This document shows positions 40,360 to 53,005 of a stretch of 64,000 nt of DNA, piece by piece. The notes beneath the pieces were generated by a model. That model saw nothing but the letters and a program-made list of their open reading frames with translations. It made no database searches and was not told where the DNA came from. The DNA comes from the human T2T-CHM13v2.0 reference genome, Homo sapiens. The first letter of the stretch is position 1, and every line of letters starts with the position of its first letter. The DNA is taken from the NCBI RefSeq assembly GCF_009914755.1, contig NC_060926.1; one strand, 5' to 3'. Both the position numbers and the translations under genes were made by a program.

Positions 40360-41174
40360 CAAGCTCTAACTACTGGCCAGAAATCTTTTAGGCTATCCTA
40401 AGTCCCTAAGTTTACACGCTGAATCCAGTTCTCTTTTGCTAGCTTTTGGGGAGGAAATCTAATTTCCAGCTCTAACTTTCTTACATATTTTGCTATAGGA
40501 TCATGAATGAATCCCTAAAGAGCAGAGAGTTAGTCAATGAAGTAGTACTAAAAACTTGTTATTTGACTGAGAAAGTGAGATTTGGGCCCTTCCGGGAATA
40601 TTTAGGACCCATAAGATAGTGATCTTCCTTGAAGCAAGCTGTAAATGCCCTTTGAAGAAATAAAGATGGGTCACACTGACAAATAATGGTAAAGACATGA
40701 CTTCTGGAGTGTTCTAGAGTTTGTGAACAGGAATGCAGGGCCACCATCTCATGCCATTTTCATACCAGAAGTAAGATAATTTAAGAGAAATTTCAAACTA
40801 CTCAGGGGTGTGTCCCAGAGCCAGAATTATATCAGTAGGAGCTTGTCAAGAGCAGGCACCATTCTGAGCATGGTTCTATGGGAGGGATTGTATAATAAAG
40901 ATAATCACAGTAATCATTCCAGGGCAATGGAAACACCTGTGGGATTTAGGGTCATTAATGAAATGACTAGCAAGAATAAGAGCTTTCTCTAGGAAACAGA
41001 TCCAGGATGGGAACCCAGCCGAGCCCCAGCAATTCTGCATTTTCCTTCATGATGCTTGTGTCGTGAACTGATGTTGACCCCTCTGTGGTGTCACTGTGTA
41101 CATTTGCTCAGGTCATTCTTCTGTCCTGGAATATATTATTCCTTCTACCTTTACAAGTCCTATTCATCCTTCGA

Positions 41175-41672
41175 AAACTACTGTATGATTCAGCAATTCC
41201 TCTCATACAAATGAAAATATATGTCTAAAAACAACTTGTACAAGAATGTTTATAGCAGCTTGTTTCACAATAGCCAAAACCTGGAAACAATCCATATGTA
41301 TATTAACTGGTATATTCATACCAGGGCTGCTGCTCAGCAATAAGAAGAGACAAACAACTGATGCATGCAACAATGTGAGTTAATATTTTTTTTTAAAAAA
41401 ATGCAATGAATGAAGGAAGCCCTATATGATTTCATTTATTTGACGTTCTAGAATAAGCAAAACTAATATAAGTTTAAAGAAACCAGAATAGCGGTAGCCT
41501 CCGGCAGGGAGGGGATGAGAATTGATTTGGAAGGGGCACAGGGGAATTTAAATGTTCTAGATATGGATAGGGTGTCCATTACAGGGGCATATGCATTTCT
41601 TAAAACTGAATAAACTGCACACTTACCATGTCTGCATTTCACTGCACAAAAGTTATACTTCAATTAAAAAAT
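41175..41672 (+). mobile_element. L1ME-type 3' end
   Basis: CTTGTACAAGAATGTTTATAGCAGC...GGAAGGGGCACAGGGG...GTTATACTTCAATTAAAAA. Confidence 0.8.
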
Positions 41673-41682
41673 CAATAGATAC

Positions 41683-42015
<333 letters not shown>

Positions 42016-42859
42016 AATGAAAATCCCCACTTTAAGTATCTATTCTAGAGAGGCATGCACGTTTTTTAATAAAAATAGAGATTTGCTTTGCTTGCCTGTC
42101 AGGAAGAAAGAGAAGGCGCCTATGATAGACAATGTGTAAAAGAAAAAGATGTTTATTTTAGAGCCCCCAGGCAGCTCTGATGCAGGCACCTGAAGCTGAA
42201 TGAAAGATAGGAGGTTCTTTCTTGCCACTGTCAAATTCTCAAGACCCAGATATATCCTCCTACTCCCTAAAATTCAGACTCACGTTAACACGGGGCTCAG
42301 CCTACCAAGGTACATAGCAAGGACCTGTGACACCCATGGGGTGCTGTGCCTCGCAGTGAGGACACACACCATCTTCCCCCCATCCACTCTCAGTATTGTA
42401 CCAGATAATCCCCTTTAATACCCTGGAGAGGACTTGCCCTATATTATTCATTCCTTGAAAACGCAAGAGTCAAGATAGGTTCCTGTGCTTTCCCTAGTAT
42501 CTAAAGCAACTAGAAAAAAAATCTTTCAGGGTGTGGATGGACAGAGGCAAACACTAGTGAGGCCTTTGTAAATGCACTAACGGTCTCAGACTGGCAGGTT
42601 TCTGTGGGCACAGATTCCAGAAACTGTAGGCTAGACAAATCTGAAGATGCCCTGAAAGAGCAGTGTGACAATTAAAGTTTAATTTTCCTAAGCGTTCTCA
42701 TTCACTCCAGTGCCCACCAGTACATTTGATGGTCTCACTCGTCTTGCCTTTTATACTACTTAATCATTGGCTAGGAGAACAGGCAAAAAGGTAATGCCAA
42801 CTCCTACATCCAGACTGAGAAGAGCTATCTTGCCTCCAAGGTTTGATGTAAAAGAAGTG

Positions 42860-43105
42860 CAAAGTGAAGTGGCTAAAAGCACAGATTCTAGAATGCTTAC
42901 ATCTCAGCTCTACCATTTCTAGCTGTAGGCAGCTGGAAGACTAACTTAACCTCTCCTTGCTTCAGTTTTTTCATCTGTAAAAATGGAAATAATATTTATC
43001 TCATAAGGTTGCTGGTAGGATGCAAACAGTTAATTTGTGGGTAGAATGCTTAGAAGAATGTCAGGCAGATGGTCGGCATGACAATAAATATTATTGAGTT
43101 ATTAT
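42860..43105 (+). mobile_element. MIR SINE, near full length
   Basis: CTTAACCTCTCCTTGCTTCAGTTTTTTCATCTGTAAAAATGG. Confidence 0.85.
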
Positions 43106-46100
43106 TAAAGCTTGTCTTCTTGTTCTTGCATGTTGTGCACAAATATGTCAAATAGCTACAAATAACATAGATTTCATCGGAGCCTTAAAGATCCAGAGAG
43201 ATAAAGAACCAAGGAGAAACCACCCTAGAAAAGTCATTTCTTAATTTCCAGATTCAACGGATATTCTGCTAGGACTAATCATATTCTATTTCTGGGCACC
43301 CACAACTATTATTTGAAAACTCCCATTTACATCTAACACCCCCACCCCCAAGTCCTACCCACATTCACGTGTTATCCAGTTATATGCAGATCCATATTTT
43401 CCTAAATTTCCAGGATACGTTTTTCCTCTGCATACTCTAGGAAGCATACTTTATAGGAGGCATACACTAAAGAACTTTTCTACCAAAACATGTTTTCTCT
43501 TATTTTTCTAGAGTCTAAGTTTTTCCCTAAAAAAAAAAAAATCACCCTTCCTTTTTAATTTTTGGGTTTCTTTTCTTAGAAGTTTTATTGACTTTAGCAA
43601 GTTCAATATATAACAACCATATCAGGACAAAATTCATCTACCTGACTAAAGAAAAGTCTGCATCCTTTTCACCAGGTAAACAAAAGCAGTGCAAGCTTAA
43701 AGCAAATAGCATTAAAAACATAATTAAAGAAAAGAGGTTAGAAAGTTTTTTTTAATCTATCATTTTAAATACAGTTGGAGTATTCTCTGTACTTTGCTTT
43801 TACTTCTGTGTAGTATTTAGAAAATATTAAATTTAATTCTTTTGGTTCTTATTTTTATGTGTGTATCCAGAAGCAAAGATATAAAAGTGAAGAATTTGCT
43901 TGGCTGAGAGAACGCACTTCACTTAAAAATTTCATTTTTATGTTTTCCTGTTTCTTTTTTATAAACCACGAGGCAATTTGTTTCAGAGCTTCACAAATGC
44001 TAGAGTTATAAGAGGGCCACTCAATCCTGATAGTCATAGTTATTTCTGTTTTATGGATTCAGTTTGATGAGATATAAAAATTCTAGATGTTTTATTTTGG
44101 TGAGAAAATTAATTGGATGCATGACTTCTGGCCTGCTGTTATGGCCTCCATAGTCTATGTTGCTTTCCCAGAAGGATTAATTTAATTATGATAAGTACAG
44201 GGTTCTTTTGAATTCATTCAAATGGTGTATATGCACACCTCCTAGCTGACTGCTTCTGTAGTGTTATTACTATGTGTTCATTATGTCAATAAATTAATTG
44301 GACCTATACTCATATTGGTTATGGCCTTGATGTCATTTTGCCGCTCTCCTTCCTCTCTTCCTTTGGACTTTCAAAGCCAGGCTCTAATAAACTGCCAGTT
44401 TTGCTCCTCATGTATAAATTTTTTTTCTGGATTCATATATTTTAATGCATGCTCTTCTTAGCATTAAATTTCTTTTCCTTTAATTCATTTATTGACTGCT
44501 GGATGTTTTGCAAGAACCATTGCATTTGTTTAGAAATGTATTTTGTAAATCATTGATTGACATTTTCAATTACCTAATTAACCACAAATAAAAGATTTAA
44601 ATGGGTTTATTTTTCTTTTTAAAAAGCCTGTAGAAATTGCAAACCAGGGTAATACAAATTAATGATGTGACTACATTATTATTGAATCAGCACTATTAAA
44701 ACCTTCAAGTGTCAAGAAATGGTACAGGGGTTTGGTATTTCTCTCTAACATATATGTAATATTATGCTCCTTCTTCTCAAATAGCTTTCAGATCATTGCA
44801 CACACAGAATGCAATTACGGAAAGGCAGTAAAGGCATGACTTTTAAAGGAATATGATGCCCCAAGCAATCAGTCGCTATATGAGATGTAATGAAATGCTA
44901 GGCCTGCCAGTTAGGCTTAGGGAACTAAAAGAGCAATGTCTATGAAATGCACAATGTTCATCTTACAAGGATATTTTCTTCAGTATCAGGTTGTAAGGTG
45001 TTACTGTCAGAGAACTTTCTGGTTTTCTGACTTTTTACATGCATTATATAAATGTCTATTATGTATCTTTACCAAAGTGGATTATAGAGAAAATAATAGC
45101 AGCAGGTTTCCTTGTGCTGAAAAGGCAGGCACTTGCAGCGTAAAGCATTCTTTTTCCTTCCTCTAGCCTGCTCATCCTGGAACAACGCACTTGGCAAAAG
45201 AGCAAGTCCCTTTGTCTCCTTCTCTTCCATGAAATAACCAAACTGATAGCAGAGTAACCCAGCGATGACTTTATAAGCTTCAGGGTGGAATTCAAGTCCA
45301 GCAGCCTTAACTGTTGAGCAGCCCTTGGGGACAGACAAGGAAAAAAAGCAAGAAAGTATGAAGCCCTATGTCTTCACATGGAGTTTACTGTCTGCTAAGA
45401 GCATAAATGTCCTACTCCCCTTAACACACCCTTGGCAGAAACTCACTGGACAGTTGACAGGGTCAGAAGGAAAAACGCTCATCTCATTTCCTTATTTTTG
45501 CTTTCTTAAGTGAATTTTCCATGATTCTGACAAAAGCACTGCTCAGAGCAGAAGAGGTATGTGGTAGAAGTCACAGGTCAGTAATCCTGGAAGGGCCAGG
45601 GAGGGTTTAGTAGGCTTTCAGAGGCAGAGCTTGAATGAAATGAAAAGGCAGAGGATTCCATGCCAAAGTCCCAGGCTCTTAAATGAGCTTCAACACTCAT
45701 TTCCAGCTCTAACTAAGGAAGAGTTATAAGAACAACTAATGAAATATTTCCCATTTCCATGATTTCCTGTATGTAAGGTAAAGCCACTATGTTTCTTGGT
45801 TATAATTCACATTTAATGAAAAGACACTCTATAAGCACTATAAGTAATTATTTTAAGTGTGTGATTATCTTAACCATTAAGATATCATTTTATTTCATTG
45901 TGAAAGTACTTACATAGAATTACTTTTAAAAACAGTTTTTCAATCTTCCAAGTTTGACTTCTTCCACTCTCTCCTTTGGCCTGTGAATCCAGAAATAAAG
46001 ATTCTTGCAATATCTGGGAAATTTTTAAATCTACTAGATATAATTAAGGACTTATACATCTAGGTTAATTTTACATTGGGATAAATGTTATTAGGTTTTT

Positions 46101-48908
46101 CATCATTAATATGACCTACATGAAAAAGAGTTTTAAAATATTATAGGTTACTTATTTCTTTGTATTAGTGTCTGACTTATAGTTAACATTTGATCATCTG
46201 TAAACATACAACATGACTATTTTTGTTTTTAATTTTCAACAAGGATTATAACTTATTAAATTCTGTCAGGCATTTAAATAACTTGATGGCCGATTCTGGT
46301 AATATTTTATGCATTGTAATAATTTCAAATGATATGGGAAATCTTTAAGCTATTACAATATTTATAAGTTGATTTCTAGTGACACAGTAATTTGGACATA
46401 GTTTATGAGGCACCATGATGCTATAATCTCTTGACTGAGGAACATCCCTTTGAGTATACAATAATTATTAAAAATGTGTTTTATACTATAGTTTAAAGAG
46501 ATAATTTTATTCACCATGGAAAAGTATAGTAAAACAAGAGCTGGGAGTTTCTTCAATGTGATCACTAAAGGCATTCCACACCTGCCTCCTCCACAAAGAA
46601 AAACCCGAATAACAAGCATATAATCACACGTCAACTAGAGTATCTAAGGCAGAATACTGGAATTCAACAAAGAAGTGACAGTAAACACACAAGGCACAGA
46701 AAGAGAGGAAAGTGAGGCAGCCAGCTTGGCTAGGGCTAGCTGAAGCCCTGGAGAGGTTACCCCGTGCAAGGAAAGAGTGAGTGAGAGATCCTCAGCAGTC
46801 TACATTCCCAGCATGGACTCCCACAACCCTATCCATGGGAGACCTTCTTGACCCTTGTGGGCTCTAATAGTTGCATAGGAACATCCCTGGAGGCTGCCTA
46901 ATAGGCATTGCTCCAAAGAGGAAGTTAACACTGGGTCCTACACACACACACACCCATGTCAAGCAGCTGCAGCATGGCAACACTTTGACAGCCCAGCCCC
47001 CAGGAGACTGAATTCTGCCCTGAGGCTCAACAGCCCCCTATATCTCTACATCCCTACATCCCTACATCCCTAGACCCCCACTGACATAACCCTGAGTCAC
47101 CCTGGAGGGCCAAGCAGCACCCTGGTTGGATCTAGTGGATCAGTACAGTCTCCATCACTCTGGCACACAGTGTCATGCACTCCAGGGAATGGGTGATGTA
47201 GTGCAGCAGGGAGGCTGCCCTTGGACAAAGGAAGCCAAAGGACACTTTCCAGAACCTGAAACCCACTTGCCTAAGGCCACTGCCACTGACAGCAACCCAG
47301 CCCCCAAAGCAGCAGGGCTGCCTTGCATTTGCATGCACCCTGAGAACTGGGTCTCCCCACTGCCACTGCTGCTGCTGCTGAAGAGCAAAGTCCATACTCT
47401 CCAATGACTAAGAGCTAACTGCCCGTGACAGCTGCCAGTAACATAAACCAAATTACTCCCCAGAAGCAAGGCAGCAATGCACTTACATGTGCCCCACAGA
47501 GGGTCTTCCAATACTCACTGCTGCTACTGCTTCCAGGGAGGTAGGGATCACCTCACTCTGCCCACTACAGCTTGTGCCCATGCCCACAACAACCTGAGGA
47601 CAGCCCTAACCAGCCTGGCACCTCCTCTGCCAGTGCCCAAACATACCACCCAGGACTGAGGATCATCCCATCCTGTCTACCACTGCTGGCATCTATGCCG
47701 TCTTCCCAGGGGACTGAAGATAGACCCACTCAGCATGCTGCTACCATCACAACCAGTACCCACCAGCACATACCACCTGGGCACTGAGGACTTGTTCACC
47801 GAACCTGTCACATTCACTGATAACACAAGTGCATGTTGCCTGAGATCCTGAGGACTGTCCCTCCACCATCACAGTCATTTCCTATTCCATGCACACTTCC
47901 CAGGAGCCAAGGACTCACCCACCCACCCAGCCCACTAATGCCACTACCAGCCCCTGAGCCAGCAGCCTTGAGGCCCAAGAATCAACATGCTTGGACTTGC
48001 TAACACTGTTGCATACATACACTGCCTGAGAGCCCAATGACAAGCACATTCATCTTACCACTGTCACAAATGTAGCCCAAGGACTAGCCTCTGTGATGTC
48101 CCTGTCCACAGGAAAACCTCACCAAAGTCTCTATCAACACATTTAACCTAAGCTACTGAGAAAATCACAAATACCACTTATGCTGTTTGCATCTGGAGAA
48201 ATCATACAGAGACTATACTACTGCATGCACACATGATCAAAGTGAAAGTTCCCTACCCAACCAACTCACGTATATACCCTCAGGAAAAATTCTCCCCTAT
48301 GAAAGAAACTACAAAATATTAGAAGAGGTAATTACGAAACCAGATATACAGATATCAGTGTAAGGATACAGGAAATATGAAAAAGCAAGGAAATATGACA
48401 CATCCAAAGGAACACAATATTTCTCCAGCAATAAAGCCCAATGAAAAGTAAATGTATAAAATGCCAGAAAGATAATTCAAACTAATTTTATTAAAGAAGT
48501 TCAGTGAAACACAAAATAATGCAGATAAATACAAAGGCATTAGAAAAATTATTCAGGATATGAATGAAAAATTTACCAAAGCTAAAGATATTATAAGAGA
48601 GAACCAAAAAGAATTACTGGAACTAAAGAATTCATTGCATTAAATAAAATTTTTTTTGAGAATTTCAACAATAAACTAGATCAAGCAGAAGAAAGAATTT
48701 CAGAACTTGAAGACAGGTCTTTGAAATAACCTAATCAGAAAAAAAGAAGGATTAAAAGGATGAACAATGCCACCAAATATTTAAATTTTTAGTGTTCCAG
48801 TAAGAGAAACCAAAAAGCATAAAATACTTATTAAACAAGATAACAGCTGAAAACTTCCCAAGTCCAGCAAGATAAAGACATCCAGATATAGTAAACAAAA
48901 GGATTCTT

Positions 48909-49249
48909 TTACTATTATTATTATTATTATACTTTAAGTTTTAGGGTACATGTGCACAATGTGCAGGTTAGTTACATATGTATACATGTGCCATGCTGGT
49001 GCGCTGCACCCACTAACTCATCATCCAGCATTAGGTATATCTCCCAATGCTATCCCTCCCCCCTCCCCCCACCCCACAACAGTCCCCAGAGTGTGATGTT
49101 CCCCTTCCTGTAAAAAAATGATGAGTTCATGTCCTTTGTAGGGACATGGATGAAATTGGAAATCATCATTCTCAGTAAACTATCGCAAGAACAAAAAACC
49201 AAACACCACATATTCTCACTCATAGGTGGGAATTGAACAATGAGAACAA
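48909..49249 (-). mobile_element. Young L1PA2/3 short insertion with twin-priming inversion
   Basis: Minus-strand 3' UTR 48909-49111, inverted plus-strand piece 49112-49249; TSD AAA(A/G)GGATTCTT at 48897-48908 and 49250-49261. Confidence 0.93.
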
Positions 49250-49516
49250 AAAGGGATTCTTAAAGAGATACAACCCAAAAAGATATCCTCCAAGACACAT
49301 TATAATCAAACTGTCAAAAATCAAGGACAAACAAAGATTTTTAAAAACAGCAAGAGAAAAGGGTCTGGTTACTTATATGAGAATGTCCCTCAAACGAACA
49401 GTGAATTTCTCAGTGGAAACCTTACACACCAGGAGAGAATAGGATGATATATTCAAAGTGCTGGGGAAAAATAAAAATAAAAAAACTGTCAATCAAAAAT
49501 ACCATACCCAGAAAAG

Positions 49517-49815
49517 TTATAACAAACTATCTCTCAGAACACAGTGCAATCAAACTAGAACTCAGGATTAAGAAACTCATTCAAAACCACTCAACTACAT
49601 GGAAACTGAATAACCTGCTCCTGAGTGACTACTGGGTACATAACAAAATGAAGGCAGAAATAAAGATGTTCTTTGAAACCAACGAGAACAAAGACACAAC
49701 ATACCAGAATCTCTGGGATACATTTAAAGCAGTGTGTAGAGGGAAATTCATAGCGCTAAATGCCCACAAGAGAAAGCAGAAAAGATCTAAAATTGACACC
49801 TTAACATCACAATTA
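49517..49815 (+). mobile_element. Internal L1PA ORF2 fragment with no tail and no TSD
   Basis: Encodes [18 protein letters not shown]...[25 protein letters not shown], close to primate L1 ORF2; host ORF1 continues on both sides. Confidence 0.92.
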
Positions 49816-49918
49816 CCCTCTATAAATAAAGGAGAAATAAAGTATTTGCCAGAAAAGCAAACACTGAAGAAATTCATCACCATCGGACCAACCCTACAAA
49901 AAAAATGCTTAAGGGGTT

Positions 49919-52245
49919 TGTACTAGTCCATTCTTATACTGCTAATAAAGACATACCTGAGATTAGGTAATTTATAAAGAAAATAGATTTAATTGACTCA
50001 TAGGTCACCAAGTCTGGAGAGGCCTCAGGAAGTTTACAAACATGGCAGAAGGGAAATCAAACACATCCTTCTTCACATGGCAGCAGGGAGAGAAGTGAGT
50101 GAGTAAAAGAGGGGAAACCTCCTAATAAAACCATCAGATCTCATGAAGAACTCACTCACTATCATGAGAACAGAATGAGGGTAACCAACCCCATGATTCA
50201 ATTATCTCCAACTGAGTCCCTCCCATAAAACATGGGATTATGGGACCTGCAATTGAAGATGAGATATAGTGGGGGATACAGCCAAATCATATTGTTCCAC
50301 CCCTGGCCTCTCTCTCTCAAATCACATGTCCTCACATTTCAAAGCACAATCATGTCCTTCCAACAGTCCCCCAAAGTCTTAACTCATTCCAGCATTAACC
50401 CAAAAGTCCAAGTCCAAAATCTCATCTGAGACAGGCAAGTCCCTTCTGCCTATGAGCCTATAAAATCAAAAGCAAGTTAGTTACTTTCTAGATACAATGT
50501 AGGGTACAGGTGTTGGTTAAATACATGCATTCCAAATGAGAGAAATTGGCCAAAATAAAGAGGCTACAGGCTCCATGAAAGTCCAGAATCCAATAGGACA
50601 GTTATTAAACCTTAAAGTTCCAAACAGGTCTCCTTTGACTCCATGTCTCACATCCAGGTCACGCTGATGCAAAAGGTGGGCTCCCATGGCTTTGGGTAGC
50701 TCTGACCCTGTGGCTTTTCAGGGTACAGCCCCCTCTCCAGTTGCTTCCATGGCTGGCATTTAGTGTCTGGGGCTTTTCCACGTGTGTGGTGAAAGCTGTT
50801 GGTGGATCTACCATTGTGGGGTCTGAAGGATGGTGACCCTCTTCTCACAGCTCCACTGGGCAGTACCTCAGTGTGGAATCTGCGTGGGGGCCCCACATTT
50901 CCCTTCCACACTGCCCTAGCAGAGGCTCTCCATGAAGGCTTCACCCCTGCATCAGACTTCTGCCTGGAAATCCAGGTGTTTCTATACATCTTCTGAAATC
51001 TAGGTGGAGGTTCCCAAACTGCAACTCTAGTCTTCTGTGAACCTGCAGGACCACCACCACATGGAAGCTGCCAAGGCTTTGGGCTTGAACCCTCTGAAGC
51101 AATGGCCTGAGCTGTACCTTGGTCCCTTTTAGCCATGGCTGAAGTGGCTTGGATGCAGGGCACCAAATCCTGAGGCTGCATACGGCAGGGAGGCCCCGGA
51201 CCCTGCCCAGGAAATCATTTTTCCATCCTAGGCCTCTGTGACTGTGATGGGAGAGTCTGCCATGAAGGTCTCTAACATGCCCTGGAGACATTTTCCCCAT
51301 TGTCTTGATGGTTAACATTTGGCTCTTCATTACTTTTTCAAATTTCTGCAGCAGGCTTGACTTTCTCCCCAGAAAATGGGGTTTTCTTTACTATCACATC
51401 ATAAGGCTGCAAATTTTCCAAACTTTTATGCTCTGCTTTCTCTTGAATGCTTTGTCACTTAGAAATTTCTTCCACCAAATACCCTAAATCATCTATCTCA
51501 AGTTGAAAGTTCCACAGATCTCTAGGTCGGGGCAAAATGTCACCAGTCTCTTTTCATAGTAAGAGTGGCCTTTACTCCAGTTTCTAACAAGTTCCTCATC
51601 TCCATCTGAGATCACCTCAGCCTGAACTTCATTATTCATATCACTATCACATTTCGCTCAGAGCCATTCAACAAGTCTCTAGGACTTTCCAAACTTTCCC
51701 ACATCTTCCGGTCTTCTAAGCCCTTCATGTATCTAGGTAGTTCCAAACTTTCCCACATTTTCCTGTCTTCTTCTGAGCCATCCATACTATTCCAACCACT
51801 GCCTGTTACCCAATTCCAATGTCACTTCCACATTTTGGGGTATCTTCACATCAGCACCCCACTCTCTCTGGTACCAATTTACCATATGAGTCTGTTCTCA
51901 CACTGGTAATAAATAATAAAATACCAGATACTGGGTAATTTATAAAGGAAATAGGTTCAATTGACTCACAGTTCAGCATGCCGGGGAAGCCTTAGGAAAC
52001 TTACAATCATGGCATAAGGGGAAACAAACACGTCCTTCTTCACATGGCAGGAGAAGGAGAAGTGAGTGGGTAAAAGGGGAAAAATCTCTTAAAAAACCAT
52101 CAGATCTCATGAGAACCCATTCACTACCACAAGAACAGCGTGAGGGTTACCGCACCCATGATTAAATTACCCCTCACCAGGTCCCTCCCATAGCATGTGG
52201 GGATTATGGTAACTACAATTCAAGATGAAATTTGTGGGGACACCA
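49919..52245 (-). mobile_element. THE1C-like (MaLR) element with both LTRs (49919-50294, 51883-52245) and internal region
   Basis: Two direct LTR copies (CTAATAAAGACATACC; GTCCTTCTTCACATGGCAG); THE1-int ORF remnants 50648..51181 and 50941..51330; GGGGT-like target repeat. Confidence 0.95.
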
Positions 52246-53005
52246 GGGGTAATACACCTGGAAGTAAATCTACCATCATAAAAACACAGGACACAAAAAC
52301 GCTTAGTGGTGTTGAGACATTTGCTAAAGCAAACATACAAATAAGGAAGAGAAAAGACCCAAACTTTACTTCTATGGAAAACACAAAAGTGCAATGATAA
52401 TAAGAGAGGGAAAAAAAGGAACAAATGGTATAACAAACAGAAAACAGTTAACAAAATGACATAAATAAGTTTTTATCAATAATAACCTTAAATGTAAACA
52501 TATTAAATTTTCCACTTGAAAGATCTAAACCAACTGAATAGAAATAAAACATAACCCAAATATACGCTGCCTAAAGGACACTTATCTCATCTGTAAAGAC
52601 ACATATAGGCTGAAAATAAAGAGATGGAAAAAGATATTCTACCTTAATGAAATAAACAAGTGAGCAGCAGTAGCTATAATTACATCAGATAAAATAGACT
52701 TTAAGTAAAAAACGGTAAAAGGAGACAAAGAACATCATTGTATAATGATAAAGGGATCAATTCAGCAAGAGGATACAACAATTATAAATATACATGCACT
52801 GAAAATTGGAGCATCCAGATATATAAAGAATATATTATTAGATCTAAAGGGAGAAAACGATTTCAATACAATAATAGTTGGAAATTTGATCACCACACTC
52901 TCAGCATTAGACAGATCATTTAGACAGAAAATTAACAATGGGAAAAATTATTGGACTTAGATTTCACTTTAGATGAAATGGACCTAATAGACATCTACAG
53001 AACAC

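Larger units (their letters stand above)
46540..53005 (+). mobile_element. Old L1 (L1M2-type 5' UTR, ORF1, start of ORF2); host of nested insertions
   Basis: 5' UTR CCTCCTCCACAAAGAA...GGAATTCAACAAAGAAGTGACA; ORF1-like ORFs (PRHIIIKLSKIKDK); ORF2 ATG ~52456 and EN motifs (IKGSIQQED...TIIVG). Confidence 0.9.

Noticed and set aside
47126-47787. GC-richer cluster of overlapping ORFs resembling a promoter or exon
   Set aside because: It is the CpG-depleted 5' UTR of the old L1; not a CpG island.
50648-51330. Longest ORF in the track (177 aa) and the overlapping 129-aa ORF as a novel gene
   Set aside because: Both lie wholly in THE1 internal sequence and are frameshifted MaLR ORF remnants.
51680-51775. 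Direct repeat CCAAACTTTCCCACAT
   Set aside because: As I recall, a normal feature of the THE1 internal consensus rather than locus-specific.
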